From positions 86,484-150,483 of the forward strand of contig NMRA01000183.1 of assembly GCA_002633005.1 (NCBI GenBank): a stretch of DNA of 64,000 nt, written 5' to 3'. This document shows, in pieces, positions 40,101 to 54,000 of the stretch. Positions within the stretch are counted from its first letter, which is position 1; every line of letters starts with the position of its first letter. The position numbers were made by a program, and so were the translations under genes. The stretch comes from Phoronis australis (lineage: Eukaryota; Animalia; Phoronida). The notes beneath the pieces are model-generated. The model worked only from the letters and a program-made list of their open reading frames with translations, made no database searches and was not told the DNA's origin.

Positions 40101-42036
40101 GTAGGATTACACAGTGTATTCAAGTATTTTGATCTTGGCACAAGGTTCTTGTAGTAGGCTCTGGTGCTGTCATCAGTTGATAATTATGAGCACGTCGACT
40201 TCAGGCCACTTCAATTACTGAATTAGGCGAAAGTTGGCACTTAAATACGCAAAAACACTCGATCTCGGAGAAAATAGTACATTATCAGAATAAAAATTTA
40301 TGACACGGTAATCTTATATTTGTTTCTGGCCACATCCGCAATAGTATCATTCACTGTTACGGTGAATTGACTATTCCAATACGGTATAATGGATGTTGAC
40401 GGTTGATAAAATGCTGGTCAAACCAGTGTTGCGTCACTGAAAGAAACAAACTTTTATTCCAACAATTTAAACAGGCTTAGCAGCCACGCATCTGAATACA
40501 AAAATTTTAGATTCTGAATCTCAAAATATTTTTGTTGTTTACTGTGAGTGCAGGTGCATCGTTCTGAAACATCTATCGGGCTCCCTTGTGAGTAGATAGT
40601 CAGTTTATCCATGTTTATGACTATTTGTTGCTGAAGTGTTCGACCTTGGGTCGATAACGGTCACCAAACTGGGGGTACTCAAAATCCGGTACCCGTAATT
40701 AATGACTATTTCCTAATAACAAGTGCATGTAAAATTGTGTGCCTGTGTCATATACGTTACAATATTCCATGTCAGTTTGTGCCCCACTACTGTCAAGAAT
40801 AATTCATTCCCTTCACTAACTCTATCGATGCGCGGTGTCGACACACTAGCATGCACTGTAAACGAGGTTTGGATTTTTTGCCAGTAGACAGCTCCTATTT
40901 CATTCCCACCGAATTCTGGGCCGTGAGAGATACCGACAGTAGCATATTGATAAACATAACAAGATCTACCATAAGTAAAATACGAATAAAATGGCTTTCA
41001 ACTGTTTTTGTAATACACAATAGTGCACACAGCCCACCATGGGTATTAATGTCAACAAGGAAATAAGTCACAGCTATCGATTGTTGACATTCCTTCTTCC
41101 AAGTTAAGCTTTTCCTGGCGTACGAATCTGAAACACACACGAATAAGTGAAGTGCAGTAGGCCTTCATTCATTGCCATGAGAGATCCCTGTTTCGTGACA
41201 TGATGCACATGTACGATTTAGTGAAGAAGTTGGCGAAGTGAAGACAGTTTTTGCACCTAAAGGAAACTTGTTCTGTCCCGTGGCCAGAATAGTGTGTTTG
41301 AACAAAACGTAAGTATGGACGCAGCGCCGACTGGGGGTATCTAGACGTATTAAATAGCTGTGGGTTTTTGTTGTAGCGCTTGTTTACGACACATGCCATT
41401 AGATACAATGTACAGCTCACGGTATTCAGCACTGAATTTTCAACACTGATCGACACTAATCTCTTTTCAACAACGTTTTGCTAATTTCAACTGGATCTGC
41501 AAGTTAAGACGCATTCCACGAGAAAATCAAAAGATATAATTTTTATGGGTTTTTGAAAGCTTGCAAAGCTTTGTTTCCTAAAGTGGAGAATAATTGAGTT
41601 ATGTCAAATTGGCGCATACATAATCTTGACGCCTTTACAAATTTTTGAATGCCGTACCTTGTTTCAACAATGGTTACGAACGGGCCTTAAACATGTCCAA
41701 ACTTTGCTAACAGCTGAACACTCTATCTCGATAATGCTGCACTGATTGTATTTAAACTTTGAGGCTCTATGCTTTAATGCACTGTAGCTATTTGGCTAAG
41801 CAGTTCGCAAATTTGTTAATAAAGTCCTACATAGTTGCCGTCAACAGCTCTTCACAGACTAGCGATTAGTAAGTTATCCTTTTAATGATTGGCCTGTAGT
41901 GGACTAGAAATTTCTCCTACCGCTTTAGCTTATGTAGAATGTGGTCTTCTTGGACTGTTGATTTATTGTCACATCAAAGTGGCAAATGTCAGTGAGTCTT
42001 CGCTTGTTTATTGTAATCTAAATTTCAGTTGGGAAC

Positions 42037-45000
42037 ATGGGAAGTGGTTCGAGCCGTCGCGGATCACCACGTGGTCCGTCAGTGGCTGTGGTGGTTGAAG
42101 CAACACAAGACGACGTTGGAGATAGCAAGAAGGTAGGACCACAGGTTGGGTAACCACAAAAACTAGATATTCCACTCTTGAACTGAACTCCGATTCAAGC
42201 TTTTCACTAGCCAAAATTTTCTTCCTGTAGTCTCCCATGTTTTTTTGAGATCCAGCTGGAGTATTGTCAAACTATAAAACGATTTATTTCAAGTCACAAA
42301 TAGAGTTAAGGTAATCGTCCACATCTCAATTCCAGCTTCATAAATATCTTAGCAGGTGCGATTGAGAAACAACGTCGAATTAAGTTTGGGTAACTGAGGC
42401 GTGTTTTGACATCAAACGGCGATTGCAGCTCTTTCATAACCGAATATAAATGTAGCCGACGTGGAGTCGTTGCCAGATTTCTATTGTGTTCTAAGCTCAA
42501 ACAATTTGCGTAGTCATCAAACTAAGCAGGGGGTATTGGGTTTATAAAGTGATTAAAGACACATTGACTTAATGCATAAAGTCATTAGTGCCTCTATTAT
42601 TGCTGTACACATCGAGTCAGTCTACAGTTGGTGGTGGTCGCCGGGGCAATGACGTTGTACAAGTAGTTCGATTTAATTTTGAACCAAAAAGCAAACGAGT
42701 CCAGGGATTGCTATCAGTCAAGAACTAGTTAATATGGACATATTGCTACGTGAAACAGCAAAGTCGGCGTGCTCGGCTAGAGTATCACCATGGAAACTGG
42801 AAAGAAGTGTAAGTGTGTGGGTTTTGAAAAGATGCCGATATGAATAGAAACAGGGTCAAGATGGCAACTGTTTGTTGGATTTGGCTTATCACCAGTCTTT
42901 CAAGGACAGACGAATCTTGTTGTTTTCTAATAAAGTCTATTTTCAGACGACCATTCTAACGCTAAAACACATTAGTTTCGCAAAAATGTTTCAAACAATA
43001 ATAAAAACAATTGAGATGTTGGCTTTCTTATTAAAGTTTCAACGTGATACGGTAGACAAACCAAGACCTAATATTTTGTGGCAGGGGATGACGTTGTCGC
43101 TATTGGGTATTAAGTATGGTGAAGACGCCATGTGAATTAACTTTGCCTTTCAATCGTTTCAGTTCGGCGAAATTAGGTACAATTGTCAATTATCATCAAG
43201 AATAACAGGAACCAAGTTCAAAATATCTTTTATCGGAATATTTAGATCCATATTCAATTTTCATTCACTCAAATATCGTTTACCCGTCATTTCTAGTTCA
43301 CGTAACACGTGGTATCATTGTAACTTAGGTTTTTTTGTTCACATACTTTTCGATATTAATTTGATGCACGTTTAAAAGAGCTGGAACAAAAGCCACAGTT
43401 TAATTCCATTGTAAAAATGAGAATGATCTAAACAAATCAATAAATACATATATGGTATCAATATATTTGATTAACTGGAGTTTGAAACATACAGTGTATG
43501 TGTGTCACCGTATTCGTACATGTACGAGAATGCTGGAAGGTTGATTCATCCGACTAGACCCTTGGAAAGATAGAGAGGATTGCATGCCCGAGGAAGTTTT
43601 GTTTACATATGACATATGAGGCGAGGCTATGCTATGCTTGTCACAGGAGACATTATCATAATATTCTAAATCAAAGGTGACATTACCAGAATGCTCTAAA
43701 AAAATAAAAAAAATCTGTCTACACATAAACCGTGAACATGCTGTCATTGATCAATGTAATTCACAAATTATAGCTGCCAAAACCGGGGTTTTCAAACGGT
43801 TGACTGAAATGACAGCAGAATAGCACCTGGAAACATACATTTGGATTCCGAGAATTAGTTCAAGATAAGCTAATGTAATTCCACCTCATGTATTTTGGTG
43901 TCTTGTAGCCGTCAACGAATGGAGTCCATCATCATCGACCCACAAGTAAGGCGAAATCAAGAACGCAGCCGCGGGGTAACAAAATACTATTTCCTGACGA
44001 CTACCCTCGGCCGTTGCCCCCATCGGACAGTAGAGACGACATTTGCTGTCAGACCATATTAAATTCAATAGACGACTACATTTTTGACGTACGTATCTAA
44101 TCGATTTTGTCTATGCTAAATCGTTCAATATATGTTAGTTAACCTATCGTCAGCCAAGACCAGTTTTTCCTATACTTATCTAGATGATCTTAGTGGACGC
44201 TAAAGCGCGTAAAACATCAAAATTGGAAACTCATCCCAACAACGGAATGTTTAAATAGCGAAACTGCATCTATGCAAGCCAATCGGAACGGAAAATCGCT
44301 TTGACCGACCATAGCGTCAGGTACTTCATGTACTCGTCACGAAGACAACCAAAAGTGAACGAGATTCTCCAATTTCGAATGTCTTTGTATATTAGTTGAG
44401 CAAAGGTAAGGAAGATTGAAATTGACCCTAAGTTTAAGACTTGTCAAAAACACGAAAGCTTGTCACGAGTCGACTTTACAGAAAATCACCTGGGTTTTAT
44501 TGCGTTCGTAAATAACCGTAATCGTATTCTTAAAGTTTACGTTTTCAGCTATTCCTCAGAAATGGCCACGGAGATCAACTAGTCTGTGCAATCAAAGACT
44601 GATTGATGAGAGAACGATTCTGTAGAATCTTAGAAGCCAACCACCTTTAAATCATCCGTGAATCTGTCCTGTTTAAAAGTTGAAGGCTTAAAATATCTTC
44701 GTTTTGAGTCGTCTCTCCTAGATAATGAGTTTGAATCCTTGAACTTTTAATATTTTTAACTCGATTTCGTAGCTTCGACTTAAATGTTTATGTTTTCAAT
44801 TTATTTCGTTTTAGGCACCGGAGGATCTATTGACTGGCTCCTACACAAACCTTGTGAAGTATCTTGTGAATGACGGGAAATGGGGCGACGTAGGGAAGGT
44901 TCGCGCCATCTTTCGGTGGATAACTACGATTGATATATACGGCTTGCTGGACAAGGAGGCGCCAGTGGATACCCCATTAGAATATTTTCAAAGGATAAGA

Positions 45001-48000
45001 AAAGGGACCGGAAATCATGCCCATCTTTTTGCGGGACTGTGCAAGTGAGTCTGTTGCACGTTTTTTTAAATTCATAATTAATATAAACAGGTAATATACA
45101 CTACACTTATTGCCTCGGATGAATCTAAAACTGCCGCGACAGATTTTAATCTACCGCGGGTACCGGAGTTGTGCACCTGTAAGATTTTGAGGGGATGTAT
45201 TGGGAAGCAAATCCCTTCACTAAAATGATCAAGCTTCTATTACTGGTTTTGAAACTTATTCAAATGACGTGGACAGGTGCAAAGGAAGTGGGTCAAAAGC
45301 GGTTTGTTCTACACAACCCTAACCATGGAGAAACATTGTTATGAGCTTAAATCCTGTAATTTGAACCCAAATTGTGCTAGAATGAGTCTAATTCAAAAGA
45401 GGTTGTTATCAGATTGAAATGTCAAACTACTCACTCTTTTTTATATACAACGTATGTTGGGTATTGGAGAGTGACATGGCAAACCTTATTTCGTACTAAA
45501 TCCCCGCAGACCCTAATTTTGCGGCCTGAGATTCTGTCCTCCACAGGGTCCTACAAGTACATGTACAAGTATTTGCAGAATGCAAAGCGGGTGCGAACCA
45601 ACAGGCTCCTTTGCTCGGTTGAAGCAAACGGTCCCAATATAGACACGTAAACAATGTTCTTTAAATTTTCAGCACATTTATAGACTAATGCTACTTTTCT
45701 ATCATTGTATCGTTATTATGAGGTCCTCTTTTGCTTAAAAAAAGTTTATAATAATGTATGTGAAAATTGATTCCTTAGATCAGCGAAACCTAATATGGAC
45801 TACGTCCTTAAATTAGGGAGTGTATGCGAAGATCCCTGTTTATTTTTAAAGATAATATGAATTCACCCAGTGTTTATAACGGTTTCGAATTACGCTAACA
45901 GACTTTGTAGAAAGTTGGACATGGTTCCAGTGTTCCAAAGCTAGCAAAGAACTGTATGGTTTCAAAAAGCCAATTGTTAAAATCCGATTTATTGCCTCTT
46001 TAACGGATCGTTGAAACCTTTTACAGATTTGCTGGTCTAAAATGTGTCATTGTGAATGGAATAAACAAGAGCGCCGCTTACGAGGTTGGTGAAAAAATAA
46101 ACCGCCGCAAGATGGCTGCGCAATGGAATGCCATTTATCTCAATGGCGCCTGGCGATTTGTTGATGTATTCTGGGCATCGACGTGCATTGTGGGTAGAAA
46201 AACCGGAAAATGGACATTGTTGCAGTATGACGGAAGGACAGTGGACAGGCGGATATCCCGTGATGATGGCCGACAAGAGCACAGATCCAACGATTTTTTC
46301 TTCCTGACAGAACCAGAGCAGCTTATATACACGCATTTTCCAAACGATTCTCAGTGGCAGCTACTGAATCGCCCTCTAACATTCGAGGAATTTGAAGAAG
46401 CTGCATACGTCAGAGAGATGTTTTTTCTGATGGGACTGTCTTTTACTGATCAGTCTCATCATAAATGCATTGTCCATGCAGACACTGGTGAAGTAAAAAT
46501 CGAACTCGGCCTACCGCCTAATTCAGAAAAGTACACTTTCAAGTACACGGTATATTTGGAAGAAGACAACAATGACGTTAGGTCGTTTAATGACGATGTT
46601 CAGTTGGAAAACTTTGTGCTCTATCAACAGTCCGAAACTTTTTTGCGTTACTCGTCGAGGTTCCCAGTAGCAGGAACATTTAAAGTCGACATATATGGTC
46701 ATGATGCTACTACGTCTCAAACTTTAGATCTGCTTACTTCATACATTATAAAATGTAAATCTCCATTTCCCAATTGTCAACCATTACCTGACACACCCGC
46801 TATTGGTTGGGGAGTTGGGAAGAAGGCACGGGATATCGGGATACGCGCAAAGTCGCACGAGAATGGTATCATTGAGAGTGCGGACGGAACGTTCGAGATA
46901 AGGCTTAAGTTGGAAAAGGAAATTAATCTGAATCAACTTATTCTGCACAACACAATAAACTCTGAAGACCTCCAACATCACGCAGTTACGCGAATAGAAA
47001 ATGGCGAGGTTATAGTAAACGTGCGCCTTCCAGCAGGCAACAGCCAATATGCTCTTAAGTTGTATGCGAACGAGGCTAGCAATGAAGGCGAGATGGAGAA
47101 TGTTTGTAACTACTTGCTTCGTTCGATGGCCCACCCGCCGCAGCAGAGTTATCCCAAACTTGCGTCAGCTATTCTTGGCGAGAGACCCTTCAATGACAAA
47201 CTTGGTGTGACTGCTTTGACTCATGTGAATGGACTAATAGAGACTACGGACGGAAAAGTAGTTCTGGACTTTGCCAAAGAAAAAGGAGTAGAGCTGTCGT
47301 GTGAGTTAACTAATAACGACTTATTCGAAGAGGCTCTAAAGAAATGTGTGCAAGTTGAACAGGACGAAGATACCGCGAGATTTACGCTCAGTTTAAACGA
47401 AATTGGAGAATATGGATTCAACATCTATGGTCGGCAGAGCGATGACAGACGTCAAATATTTAATTTGCACAATTACCTCATCCAAAAACATTACGATGAG
47501 ACCAGTGAGCGACGTGCCCTTAAACCCTTGCGGCCACCCGTTGGTTTCAAGGCAAATGTTGACGATTTGACAATCCAAGGAGACAAGGCGATCGAAAACT
47601 GGAAAATTGTAACGGCTGACAGAAAGCACAAACTCCGAATTCCAGCGACGTCAAAGAAGACAATTGGTGAACTACGTCGAGTGAACGCCGTTGGGACACA
47701 TTTGAAAGGCGGTGTGAAAATAAAGCGCGACGCAGATGAAGACGTGGTTACTTTAGACCTTCCAGACGACGGAGAGTACGTGTTGAATATATTTGAAAAG
47801 CGCGGGAAAAATGTTTTGTCGACTACAAAAACATATCACGTGGTCAGAGACAGCTCCCTTGTTACAGGAGACGATGGGCTGGACATTGTATCTAGTGATG
47901 CCGAGTCTATGGATAGTTGCTCAACAGAAATACGTCAAATAGTCGAAGAACCTGAGCCCAAACCACCTGGTCCCAAAAGAGGTATGCGTTATATCCGTGT

Positions 48001-51000
48001 GTGTCATTATTGCTGCCGAACGTTTCTTGAACGTACATGTTTGTTGGTACGAGTGAATGAATGAATGTACAGGTTGAATGAAGTACCCCTGGTGTATCTT
48101 AGGTATAAAAGGTAATTTGATGGTATAAGAATCACTTTTCTGTTGTAGTTAGCCAACCAGCAGATTAAATAATCACCAAAACAACTTTTAGAGAATCTAA
48201 AACTTTCTAGAATTATAGTCACGTAATTGTGTGACCATATCTTGAGCAGTATTGCTGTGTGTTTTCATTGGATGTCGCTCTGTTATAACTATTGAAGCCG
48301 CTACAAAACACGCCTTCGCGGGCCGCCAGATAATTCACCCCTGATTCAGACCAATCTCCACTAAGCATAGGAAATTGATTTGAATTTTTGCCTTCATAGG
48401 ACGAAGAGTTTTTTGGTGTAGGAAAGAACGGGTAGTGTTCGAGACCATGTTGGAGGCATAAACTTATCCTCTTTGACAAGCTGGGCCATAAGCAATAGCA
48501 AACTGTCAGTTGTTACCATAAAAGAATATCGTATAAAAGAACGGGAAATGTCCTTAATATGATGTTAAGTTTGACGGAAGGCGGGTTTGTAGGTGCTTTA
48601 ATGAACCATATTATGTAAATAATAGAACTATATTTACTAGACGATGCACAGTTGTCTGATTACGCGGACAGTTTTGACGAAACAGATTGTGGAAGAGAGT
48701 TTAGAGATGTCGACGAAGGCCCAAACATTCTGGTTATCTCCGCCACCCCGCGTGAGTATGACGACGAAGAGGACTTTTCTGAATTCTTCGAAGACGATGA
48801 CTATGATCCTGGCGTACTACTACGCCCAGACGTATTCTACGACAGCGACATCAGTGGGGAATGCATTGCTGATATTATCGTTGTTGGAGAGGAACACGAG
48901 CATATTCCAGCTGACGACGAAACCAGTGACGATATTGTCAGCGATCTGAACAGTAACAGTCAAACTGACGAAGCAACAGACGCATTGTCAGTTGTGGATG
49001 ACTTCGATGAAACGAATGCAATGGGAGAAAATAGCGTGATTGGCTTTTGTAGGGAGGAGCGTGAAGTGAACTTAGATGTTAAAAATTATTCGCAAAAATG
49101 CGATGACAATGAAGTAGCTTTATTGTGTGATGAAAATGAGAAGGAAGAAAGCAGTTGTCAGGATTGCCAGGATGAAGTCATATTGGACGACACAGAGGAG
49201 ATTACACACGAGCATCGTGTAACGGTGGAGAATGAACGTGACCATCACGAGACGGAGGAGAATGAACATGTACATCACGTGACGGAGGAGAATGAACATG
49301 TACATCACGTGACGGAGGAGAATGAAGATGAACGTCACGTTGAAGAAGATCAAGTACAGGATGCTCACGCTGAAGACACACGTAGTTTACATACTCTAGG
49401 TATTTACGTATGAAATTGACAATCCCGTGTGTATACCGTTCCAGTGCACTGTATATACCTGCGTGTTTGACAACCCGCCTGTTTCAATCAAACACTCGGC
49501 ATTGCTTCTTCAACAGAGTGTGGATATGTGCGTGTGTGTGACCTTATGTGTATGTTTGGGTTGAAGTGATACATAAGTTTTTTTTTTACACATTACAAGA
49601 TCTTTGTGTGACCAGGGTTGCTGTCCTTAGAGTATTTAAAATAGCGAGGCGCTAGGAGTTTTCACAGTAAAGTGACAGTATAAATTTTTTGGTCTTTCAA
49701 GTCTGTGAGTAGGCCTTCATTCAAAGAAAGTGATATTTAAGACATTGACACATTCTCCTGCCTCTACTACATCTTGTCAAATGTCATGAATACAAAGAAC
49801 TGCACGAGATATATTAGTACAACTATGGCTCACTCTTTTATGTCGCGTTTCTATATATTGACAAATACTTTTATAAATATCATACTTACGTTACAGATGA
49901 CCAGGAAGAGATAGCAGCAATGCAGACTATCGAGGAGGAGTCTCCAAGACTACTTGTCAATAAAGCAGACGATTCAGCTACCGAGTCTGTTGATGGGGAC
50001 AGCGACAAAGATGTAGAAAGCCCAGTTGTAGCAAAAACAGAAGAAGAGTTAGAAATGGAACGAATTGAAGAAGAAAACCGAATAGCCGAAGAGGCTGAGA
50101 CAAAGAAAGGTATTCTGCTCCTTGTTGGATAGTCTAGGTCATGGCTTTTTTAAAACACAAGTTCATATATTTTGAATTTTCGAAAGCCGAAAAGCGATTC
50201 TTATACCATTGATGTGATCGTCTGGTATTCTTTGAATTTCCATTTGTTTTGTCTGTCTCTCCTGGTTTTTGTTCGTGTGTGTGAATGTGTGTACATCTTT
50301 AGTGCCATTGTGAATGTTTCCAGGGACTTTTTGAAGAATGCAGTTGTTGTAATATAAGTCATTCAGGCCTCTCCTTGACTAGAAACGTATGTTTACGTTC
50401 TCTGTTTTAATTGGTTAGTTGCTTTGGATGACCGACATCTCACGCTACATTAAAATGTGACGTATGTAAAAAGGTCAATGACATTGTTGTGCAAAGTTAT
50501 AATGAGTAATGTTAATGCCGGGCTGCAATAACTTGCTGTTCCTTTATTTTGTTTTGGAATTTGGAGTTCATTGACATGTAGTGCACTTATGAGCTAGAAA
50601 AAATATAATATTAACAACAAATAACAAGCAAAATGCATGTCATGTAGATAGCAACTAGCTATGAAGCTCACCAGATGTCAAATGTCACCCGAGAAATTCT
50701 ATATTTTATGAATCCCACCAGATGTCACTAGTCACCCGAGAGATTCTATACTTTCAGCTCGACAAAAGAAACGGCTGACCGAGCGGCTGCAGGAGGCCAT
50801 GAAAGTACGTCTGGACGTGGATCGTTTGAGCCGTGCTATTTCAAAGTTCATCTCAGCTGGTATAGAGAACGACGCGTTACTAGCCGAGGGCAAGAGGATG
50901 CTGGAACTGTGGACTCTAATACTAAGTTAGCATGTTTCTATGCCATATTTTAGTTCTTGTACTGCACACAATACCCTATAAAGCCACGAAACGACGTAGT

Positions 51001-54000
51001 GTATGGCTAGAAGTTTTCAATTAAAGTCTCATTGGAAGTTCAAGATAAGAAGTTTAAACATAATTCTGTACCACGCAAGAATTTTTACGCACTGTCTATC
51101 AGTCGTTAGTAGTTTCTTTCCTCAGGACAAGAATTGTACGATGACACTTGGCTTAGCTCAAAATCATACTCTGCCACACGGTTTGGTAATTGGCGAAATT
51201 ATTTTTCACAATTAGCAGAATTAATTAGGAGCACAATGTGGCAAGATTATACAAAAGTTTCAGGCTGTAAAAGTCAAATTTCTTGCCGGTTTGCATAATT
51301 CAAAAACCTGATCGCGTGTACTTTTCACGAACTATTCAAATATACTATATAAAAACTTTCGAAACGAAAACTTAAAACATACAAATGTCGCACCCAAGTG
51401 GTTATAACGGTCCGATTATCTAGAGAACGATAGCATCAGCAGCCTGAGGCAATAATTAACTGTGATATACCGGCAAATTTCAAGGTACGCTAACCGATCC
51501 AGTTGCCCAATCTCGCCCAGAGAGAGTGTCAACATAGCATTCTTTTGAAGGTGTCCAGATTAAAACCGCGTTCAGAAGTGTAAAAAGGCGGAGTGGAAGT
51601 TTCATTTGATTGTAGGTCTGCAGCTTAAGACTAGCGTTTACAAAGGCTTCGTAACAGCCGTCTTATGAGTAATTTACCAAACTCGTAAGATCACCATGGG
51701 CGAAGAGAGCCAAAACCCACGTTACGTCACTAGATTGTCTTCTCTAGCAAATAGGGTAGACGTGTCATGTCTGATTTTCGGGGCTGAATATATGCAGGCA
51801 GATCAAAGGTCCAACGAGCGTTCACATGTGATTTTTTCAGAAGGCAGGCTTACCTTTTCAATGGACGGCATGTGAGCGCTTTGTAACGTCGTTTGTGTGT
51901 TTCCGCAAAACCCAATCACAGAATATACATAATGACTTTAATAACTTTTGTGACGCCCTTGCAGATTTGAACACCGGTATCCGGACCAGAAACATTAAAT
52001 TGGTTGAGCCAGCCATACAAAAGGCGGCTCGTCACGACGACAGTGAGTTAAGGAATTACGTGGCCTTAGCACATCGAATGATGGAACAGGTACGCAAAAT
52101 AGAACGCCTGCGCCACTCCATCTTAAAGTTGAACCAAAAGACAATTGCTGAAATTCGCGCCTATAGTCGACCGCCGCCAGCTGTTGAGCAAGTGATGACA
52201 GCCTCTTTCCTTCTGATGGGGGAAGAAGAATATGAACTGAAGGTACGATTAAAAGATCTAACCTGCAACCTGGATACCGCCATAAGTTCTCATAACTTTC
52301 GTTGTTCATATTGTACGTTCTTGGTAAATGTACTGAATAATCGTAAGAAATACCTTTCAGCATTGGACAGTACAATGTACTTTCGTTTATATTTATCGAA
52401 ACTCTACCAAAGAATTTTTGGCATAGACCTGGGCCAGGTCTAACCTTTTTACTAAAAATATAAACTCAAATTTAATTTTGACTGTTTTATTCTAGTTGTG
52501 TACGAACTCAAGAAAAGTATCTGTTGAGCAATGGTCGAGTACATGATGTTGTAGTCCTACAAACGTGTATATCTCCTTGTCCTACACTGTATATCTCATT
52601 GTCCTACACACGTGTACATCTCATTTTCCTACACACGTGTATATCTCCTTGTCCTATACACGTGTGTATCTCATTGTCCTACACACGTGTACATTTGTTG
52701 TGATCTGAGTCATCTGAGTGAAGAACCGACATCACTGCACAAGGGATATCCCCATAAACACTCCATCCCCCGAAGAAGTAGATCCCGAAGTGTGTAGATG
52801 CTGACAGTTCCAATCAGTGGATGATTCACTAGCCTTCTGTTTCTTCCACAAAGTCTTGATTTTCTGCAAGCAGCCCATCCAACTCCTAGCTCACGAAGTC
52901 GTTCCAAATGATGATGTTCCGATTCCTCTTGGTCCTTCTTCAGCTTCTCCCTGACCATATTCACAATTTCCGGTTTAGCAGGGCACAGCTTCCCTTCTGG
53001 TTTTGCTTTCCCAGCCAGCTCATCAGCACGTTCATTCCCCCTAGCTCCAGCATGGCCTGGGGTAAATATCCAGGTGATCTTTTTCAAAGTCGCCTTTGTT
53101 AGGAGCTCAGTCAATTCAACTCTCAAATGCCCACTTTCAATTTTCTTCAGAGTGCTTTGTGAATCTGTAACAAAGATCAAATGTGCTTGCCGAGTTGTTG
53201 TCACCCACTCGAGAGCCTGTGTAATTGCTTCTATCTCCATTCTCATGCTGGAAGTTGTCATACTGTAAGCTCCCTGCTGTTCCTGCTCTAGTCTGCCATT
53301 TACAATCGCTGAGAAACCCCATCCAGATTGTTCTCCTCTTTTAACAAATCCATCCGAGTAAACAACTACATCTCCATGCCGAGAGTAGTCTTCAATAAGT
53401 TGTTGTACACACGTATATATCTCATTATCCTTCACACATGTATATCCCATGGGGAGGATAAAATTCTATGCATATCCAAATATTTCTTTACAAGGACTGG
53501 AAGTGGATTCAGTGTTTGATGGGCAGAATAGGACCCGATAGCGTGAAGAAGCGGGTGGCTGATACAAACGTGGACGATGTTCCAATCGAAATTGCACTCC
53601 GAGCTCAGCAGATTTATGAAGGGTTTACACTAAACGACGTGAGAGACGTTAGTGCAGGCGCGGCAGCCTTCTACGTTTGGGTACGTATTGCTCTTTGCCT
53701 AGATGATGTTGTTTAATTCAAGTGGCTAATAGATGAAAATCTGATTAAAAGGTTTAAATATTTTCCTGAAAACCAGCCAAATGAGCTCTAAAGACCTTCT
53801 TTTAGAAACTGTCACGGTACTTTTTTGACAAACGCCGGTCACCTTGAACTTATATTTTATAGACTTCAGGAATGATTGAAGCTTGCATAAACAACTTCAA
53901 GGCCGCCGGAGGAAACCTATTCTCTGTACGACCGAAAACGTGCCGCCGTCCGGGCACTCGAGGAAGGCCTTTCACAATGGCGGGTAACCGGCCCCAAACA

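Noticed and set aside
42790-42808. ACCATGG...GTAAGT as an alternative coding first exon (METGKK)
   Set aside because: It ends in phase 1 while the next exon (43909) starts in phase 0; kept only as a possible non-coding exon.
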